From contig JBQPWD010000001.1 in NCBI GenBank assembly GCA_052246995.1, forward strand, positions 32,001 to 96,000: 64,000 nucleotides of DNA, given 5' to 3'. The DNA comes from Candidatus Bathyarchaeota archaeon. Lineage in GTDB: Archaea > Thermoproteota > Bathyarchaeia > Hecatellales > Hecatellaceae. The translations under genes and the position numbers were made by a program. Every line of letters begins with the position of its first letter. Within the stretch, counting starts at the first letter, position 1. The notes below the pieces were generated by a model that did no database searches, had not been told where the DNA came from, and saw only the letters and a program-made list of their open reading frames with translations. This document shows, piece after piece, positions 59,042 to 64,000 of the stretch.

Positions 59042-59560
59042 TTAAACTGGAAAATATTCTTTCTCTAACCTTAAAATATCTTCTACGCTTTTAGCCGTAG
59101 AGTAGTCTTCTAACAATTCCTTGTTTAACGCTAAAAAAACTTCCCCCCACTTGTATATTGATACAACTTCCTCAGCATATTTCTTAAACCCTGAAATGTA
59201 GAGAGCTGCAGCCAAAGCTTCAAGTGAACTTAACTTTCCAACATGACCATAGTTTACCGGGTTTGCTGGAATAAGTAGCGGAAGACGTCGATTTAAACCT
59301 TTAAACCTCCAATGAAAAACCTCTTTAACTTTTTTCCATGAGCAGTCAATAGAAACTACACCAAACCTTGTAACATATTCTCTATCTAATGGTGTTAAAA
59401 CAACATCTACAAACGGATTAAGCAGGATAGCCTTACTAGGTACCTCAACTTTATACTTTATTACCCTAGCTAAACCAAAGTGTTGAAGTTTTCTCGCAGT
59501 ACACTTTTTAGGGTCATCTTGGTTAAGACAGTAAACGTAAAGGTTAGGTTTACTCCTCAT
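59042..59560 (-). CDS. tsr3: 16S rRNA aminocarboxypropyltransferase Tsr3
   Basis: QDDPKKCTARKL, DCSW, RRLPLLIPANPVNYG, LSSLEALAAAL, KWG..FLALN. Confidence 0.96.
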   Translation of the reverse strand: MRSKPNLYVYCLNQDDPKKCTARKLQHFGLARVIKYKVEVPSKAILLNPFVDVVLTPLDREYVTRFGVVSIDCSWKKVKEVFHWRFKGLNRRLPLLIPANPVNYGHVGKLSSLEALAAALYISGFKKYAEEVVSIYKWGEVFLALNKELLEDYSTAKSVEDILRLEKEYFPV

Positions 59561-59580
59561 GAAAGAGACAACTATAACTG

Positions 59581-60048
59581 TTAATTTCCCACGGTTGTCA
59601 TCTTACATAGTTTAATCCCGAAGTTTATAGCTTCATTTTTATCAATCCTATTTATGAACAAAAATTTTCCGCCAAAAACTTTATCCGCTGTAACCGAGAC
59701 CTTAACATAACTTTTTAGCTTTTTTAGGTATTCTTCACCTTTTGAAAGTCTTATACAAACTACAAATAGTACAATACTTTTAAGCTTTAAATTTTCCACT
59801 TCTTTTTCAAAAAAGTTTAAGATGCTTTCCATGGGTTTTCCACCGTATATTGGCGAACCTACAACAATCACATCTGCTTTGGTAACATCCTCAGAAGTAA
59901 CGTTTACAACACGTTTAATGCCTAGAATATTAACATTTTTACATGTTTCCATTAATCCTTCGCTAATCCATCTACAAATCTCACCTGTTACACTTTTTTT
60001 CCTCATAGAGTCGTAAACGAAAAGGTAATTCAAGATTGTATTGATCAC
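59581..60048 (-). CDS. Flavodoxin-domain protein
   Basis: YDS....TGEI, VVVGSPIYGG, LFVVC, FGG. Confidence 0.8.
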   Translation of the reverse strand: MINTILNYLFVYDSMRKKSVTGEICRWISEGLMETCKNVNILGIKRVVNVTSEDVTKADVIVVGSPIYGGKPMESILNFFEKEVENLKLKSIVLFVVCIRLSKGEEYLKKLKSYVKVSVTADKVFGGKFLFINRIDKNEAINFGIKLCKMTTVGN

Positions 60049-60095
60049 CTCAAAAAAGAGAGGTTTACTGGTTAAATTTTAACTTTTAAAAAATT

Positions 60096-60761
60096 TTAAA
60101 TTGTTGATTTAACAGCTTCTTGTTGAACTTCACCATAAAGCATAGTTATAGACCTAGCTACAAAAACTGCAAATAGCGGTGTAGCAAACATTAGAATTAT
60201 CCAGCCGATAAACGGTATACTCCCGATCGCAGAAACAGCAATTCCAATTATAAAAACTACAATCAGCCAAATAAGGTATTTACCCCACCCTATCCTACCT
60301 ATTACTCCTATAATTTCACTAACAGCAAATGCTTTGGAAAAATTGTCCGTTTTAACCATGTGAACGATTCCTATGCTCATAACTATTGAAAAGATAAAAG
60401 CCAATGCTAAGCCAACTAAAAATAAAACACTGCTGAAGATAAAGGAAAGTATAGATTGATAAACTGTAAATACCGTTGGTGTTAATCCCGCCACTACCAT
60501 AATTATTAATGGTATTATCATGTAGACTATACTTACAATTACAATCTTTAAACCGTCAATCCACATTTTTAAAAATCCTTCAAATTTAGGCGGGGTGTTG
60601 CTTGTCGGAGTCTGTCTTATAACGTTACATGCGTAACCTAAAACAACAAAATTTACTACTGGTATAATACTTAAAATTGCGAGAATAATAAGTCTACCAA
60701 CATCCTTACTAAAATCTCTGGTGTAGTTAAAAGCTTCGCTAAAAGTTTCTTCAATCCTCAA
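60096..60761 (-). CDS. DUF4013 membrane protein
   Basis: IIPVVNFVVLGY...PPKF...DGLK...VYMIIP. Confidence 0.88.
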   Translation of the reverse strand: MRIEETFSEAFNYTRDFSKDVGRLIILAILSIIPVVNFVVLGYACNVIRQTPTSNTPPKFEGFLKMWIDGLKIVIVSIVYMIIPLIIMVVAGLTPTVFTVYQSILSFIFSSVLFLVGLALAFIFSIVMSIGIVHMVKTDNFSKAFAVSEIIGVIGRIGWGKYLIWLIVVFIIGIAVSAIGSIPFIGWIILMFATPLFAVFVARSITMLYGEVQQEAVKSTI

Positions 60762-60763
60762 CT

Positions 60764-61513
60764 TTAACTCACCTCAACAGTTTTACCTCTCTTAGCTCTT
60801 CCAGTTCTTCTTGCAGCGATTAATCCGACCTTTTGTCCTGGTGGTGCGTGGCGTGAAACAGTTGAAGGTTTGCCTACATGCCTATGCCTGCCTCCGCCAA
60901 ATGGATGTGAGGCTGCAACCATAGCTACTCCTCTAACTCTTGGCCACTTTCTTCCTCGTGACCTCATAAGGTAATATTTCTCTCCAGCCTTCATGAATGG
61001 TTTATCAGTTCTACCTGAACCTGCAACAACACCTATTGTTGCTAAAGCATTGTTGTTAACTATGGCAGTTTTTCCGGATGTAAGCTTAATAGTAGTTCCG
61101 TAAGGCGTGTGAGCAATTATAATGGCGTAGCTACCTGAGGCTCTAGCAAATTTTCCACCATCCATCGGTAGTTTTTCAACATTACATACAATGGTTCCCT
61201 CGGGTATTTGTGATACTGGTAGAATGTTTCCAACCTCCAAACGGTCACCACCGATATAGATTTCCTGTCCTTCGTACATTCCCTCGCATGCAACATTGTA
61301 AAATACCCTGCCATCCTCACATCTAATCATTGCTAAAGGTGCTCCCCTACCAGGATCGTGAAGAAGTTTTTCAACAAAACCACGGATAGGCTGCTTGGTA
61401 GCTATGCTTAATAAAGCCGGAGGGTATTCTACAGAAGCAACCCTGTAGATGGTGTGAGCTCTAAATGTGAATGTTCCTCTTCCCCTACGTTGAACGAGAA
61501 TTTTTTTACCCAT
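60764..61513 (-). CDS. rpl2: 50S ribosomal protein L2
   Basis: MGKKILVQRRGRG, HDPGRGAP, WPRVRGVAM..HPFGGG, PPGQKVGLIAARRTG. Confidence 0.98.
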   Translation of the reverse strand: MGKKILVQRRGRGTFTFRAHTIYRVASVEYPPALLSIATKQPIRGFVEKLLHDPGRGAPLAMIRCEDGRVFYNVACEGMYEGQEIYIGGDRLEVGNILPVSQIPEGTIVCNVEKLPMDGGKFARASGSYAIIIAHTPYGTTIKLTSGKTAIVNNNALATIGVVAGSGRTDKPFMKAGEKYYLMRSRGRKWPRVRGVAMVAASHPFGGGRHRHVGKPSTVSRHAPPGQKVGLIAARRTGRAKRGKTVEVS

Positions 61514-61662
61514 TTTCTATAACCCAGGATTTCATTAAGGTAGTGTTCAACACCACTATAACCATTACGCGATTTAATAAGAGCAGATTGGGGTATAAAA
61601 GTTTAGCTATCAAATCAGAACATTTATTATCTAAAACTCTAAACAATATTGGTTGAAGTTTT

Positions 61663-62748
61663 ATGAGTAAGGCTACTTTGGAACTTTTAGATGTTAGAGA
61701 GGCACTTAAGAAACTTGCATTAACAAGGCATAAACTGATTGAACCTTTAAAACCTGTCTCCAACCTTCACCAACCAGTTTTCTGGAGTGAAAATGCCGCT
61801 CTTTACGAGTACTCTGCCTACTTAGCCTTATACTCTAGGGAGTTTAAAAAAGCCGGGGAATTCTTTTATAATGCTTACACATGTTACGCTTTGGCCACTC
61901 ATCTTGCTAAAGCAATGTGGAATCCAAAGCTGGCTTGGGATTTTTACCAAAAACTTGCTGAATGCTATAGTTTATATGTTGATGTTTGTAGGAAAATTGG
62001 TCTGCACAACATAGAAAAGGTTTACTTTAGTAGTGAAGGTTTAAAACTTACAGGATACCTTCATATTCCAACAACTGCCAGAAAAAACTATCCTGCTGTT
62101 ATTCTATGTCATGGTGCAGCAGGATGTAAAGATTCGCGTATAATTGAAAGTATTGCAAAGTTCTTAAATGAAAACAATATTGCCGCTTTCCGCATTGACA
62201 TTAGAGGTCACGGAGAAAGCGAAGGTGTTTTTAGCCTTAAAGGTTGGTTGGAAGATATTAACTCGGCTATCCTTTACTTAACCAAAAGAATTGAAATAGA
62301 TCCTGAGAGGATAGGTTTACTTGGTCATAGTCTTGGCGGAAGTTTGGGTCTGGTTAGTGCTGTAAAAAATCAAGCTATAAAGGCTTACGCAGGCTTAGCT
62401 CCAGCATCAAACCTTAAACCCATAATTCCATTTGTAATTGCAAGCTACAAACTAAAGGAATTTAAATTTTCCGATGACATCACACCAGAAAATGTTGAGA
62501 AGTTTGTTGAGGAAAATAATCCTATAAACCTTGTTAATAAACTTCAAAAACCCATCCTACTAACCTACGGAGACAATGACGAATTTCTACATGTTTTAAA
62601 AATCAATGAACTTTTTGAGAAAGCTAATGAACCTAAAGAATTAAAAGTTGTTAAGGATGCAGACCATGTTTTTCTAAACCCCGATAAGATGGAGGAGTGT
62701 TCACGTTTTATAGCTGAATGGTTTAAAAAAACCTTAAGTGTAAATTAG
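61663..62748 (+). CDS. Alpha/beta-fold serine hydrolase with N-terminal helical domain
   Basis: LCHG, DIRGHGESEG, GHSLGG nucleophile elbow, GDND, ADHVF. Confidence 0.92.
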   Translation: MSKATLELLDVREALKKLALTRHKLIEPLKPVSNLHQPVFWSENAALYEYSAYLALYSREFKKAGEFFYNAYTCYALATHLAKAMWNPKLAWDFYQKLAECYSLYVDVCRKIGLHNIEKVYFSSEGLKLTGYLHIPTTARKNYPAVILCHGAAGCKDSRIIESIAKFLNENNIAAFRIDIRGHGESEGVFSLKGWLEDINSAILYLTKRIEIDPERIGLLGHSLGGSLGLVSAVKNQAIKAYAGLAPASNLKPIIPFVIASYKLKEFKFSDDITPENVEKFVEENNPINLVNKLQKPILLTYGDNDEFLHVLKINELFEKANEPKELKVVKDADHVFLNPDKMEECSRFIAEWFKKTLSVN

Positions 62749-62758
62749 AGGAAAAGGT

Positions 62759-63040
62759 TTAAAGTATTCCCACCTTTATTGCTAACTCTGAAGCCTTATA
62801 ATCTGGCTTAAGCTTGATAAAAGCTTTTTTCTCGCCTTTAGGGGTTATCAGTATGTTAACCTTTTCAACCTTAACATTGTAAAGTTTTTCAAATACCTGC
62901 TTAATCTCTTTTTTAGAGGCTTTCTTATCAACTATAAAAATAAGCTTGTTTTCTGTTTCTATAAGGTTTATAGCATCTTCTGTTACAACAGGATAGAATA
63001 TTATTTTCCCGGCTTTTTCCAACTCAACAGTCTCGCTCAT
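62759..63040 (-). CDS. rpl23: 50S ribosomal protein L23
   Basis: PVVTE...ENKLIFIVD..KVEKVN..GEKKAFIKL. Confidence 0.97.
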   Translation of the reverse strand: MSETVELEKAGKIIFYPVVTEDAINLIETENKLIFIVDKKASKKEIKQVFEKLYNVKVEKVNILITPKGEKKAFIKLKPDYKASELAIKVGIL

Positions 63041-63054
63041 TAGCCAATCCTCCT

Positions 63055-63873
63055 TTAACTTAAGATTTCATCTAAAATCTTTATTGCAGGTTCACTCCAA
63101 ATAGTTAACCTTCCAACATGTGTTCCAGGTGCAAATAACTCTACATTAAGGCTTTTAACTAAAGCAACGTCTACACCAGAAATGTTTGCCGCAGCCTTAC
63201 TAATACCTTTATCCTCTTTAACAACTATTAGAGGCCCTTTAGCTTGTTTAATTCTTCTACCTCTCATTTTACCCTTACCCGCTCTAACTCTCCTACTATT
63301 CTTAACCCTTTCCAACTCTTCCTCAAGTTTTAAGTTTTTTAAAACTTCAAAAAGTCTTCCAGCATTTTTAATCTCCTCAATTTTACCATCAACAACAACC
63401 GGAAGGACAGGTATGCCGTCAACTTTATGTCCTCGCTTCAAAACTAAATCTTTTTTAGCTGTTGCTGCTATGGCTGACTTTAAAGCAAGCTTTTTTTCTT
63501 TCTTATTAATCTTTTTAATAATCCTTTTTTCAGGAGTTGGTGGATGGGCCAGTCTGCCGCCAACAGTTCCAGGTGCAAAAGCACCTTGACCTGCTTTAGG
63601 ATAACCTGAACCCTTAACTCTTGGGATTCTTGCTATCCCTAAACCAACCCCCCTAGATTCCGCTGTTGTTTTTTTACCAGCCATAGGGTCTCTACCTTTA
63701 GGTTGAAGTCTCATGGATTGAATAGAAAGAATTGCTTTCCTAACTAGGTCTGGTCTTACAGGTGTTTTAAAAATTGATGAAATCTTTACATTTCCAATAA
63801 TCTCTCCATTTAAACCATATACTGGTACCTCGCTTAACTCATTAAATTTTTCAGTTTCTTCACTGGTGCTCAT
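63055..63873 (-). CDS. rpl4: 50S ribosomal protein L4
   Basis: RPDLV, AESRGVGLGIARIPR, GGRLAHPP, RAGKGKMRGRR, APGTHVGRLTIWS. Confidence 0.98.
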   Translation of the reverse strand: MSTSEETEKFNELSEVPVYGLNGEIIGNVKISSIFKTPVRPDLVRKAILSIQSMRLQPKGRDPMAGKKTTAESRGVGLGIARIPRVKGSGYPKAGQGAFAPGTVGGRLAHPPTPEKRIIKKINKKEKKLALKSAIAATAKKDLVLKRGHKVDGIPVLPVVVDGKIEEIKNAGRLFEVLKNLKLEEELERVKNSRRVRAGKGKMRGRRIKQAKGPLIVVKEDKGISKAAANISGVDVALVKSLNVELFAPGTHVGRLTIWSEPAIKILDEILS

Positions 63874-63885
63874 TAAACTTTACAC

Positions 63886-64000
63886 CTAAACATGGACGTA
63901 GGTTAAATTTGGAGTTTTAGCCTCCATAGACTGTCTAATGGAGTATCTTAAAACTATTAAACGTTTAACGGATCCTGGAACACTTCCCTTAACAAGTAAA
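63886..64000 (-). CDS. rpl3: 50S ribosomal protein L3, 3' end (partial)
   Basis: Manual translation LLVKGSVPGSVKRLIVLRYSIR...YVHV*; lies upstream of rpl4. Confidence 0.92.
   Translation of the reverse strand, partial: LLVKGSVPGSVKRLIVLRYSIRQSMEAKTPNLTYVHV

Overview
AT-rich archaeal chromosomal segment, most likely from a TACK-lineage anaerobe. The gene content and order look Bathyarchaeia-like, but this is inference. Housekeeping genes: A/V-ATPase proteolipid 3' end, Brix-Pcc1, Nob1, NAD kinase, aIF5A, deoxyhypusine synthase, SRP54, PINA, TiaS, Tsr3, rpl3-rpl4-rpl23 and rpl2, initiator tRNA-Met. Metabolic blocks: a complete cdhABCDE (CODH/ACS) operon, a group 3b NiFe-hydrogenase operon, PPDK and an ADP-forming acyl-CoA synthetase alpha subunit. 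Most notable: (1) an unannotated box C/D guide sRNA whose two guides both fit tRNA-Gln(UUG); (2) a B12 acyl-CoA mutase cluster with isobutyryl-CoA-mutase-type residues, an atypical thiolase/DUF35 pair, a CoA ligase, an isovaleryl-CoA-dehydrogenase-type enzyme fused to a winged helix, and a shared palindromic operator; (3) a BirA operator between birA and bioY; (4) a FixCX plus FAD-oxidase/CCG/FAD-oxidase redox module; (5) a microprotein/helical protein/SPFH-zinc-ribbon/arrestin-like module; (6) a probable ATT start codon for hydB; (7) a hydrolase inserted antisense between rpl23 and rpl2. No CRISPR array, rRNA or transposase was seen. All calls come from reading motifs by eye; no database search was run.
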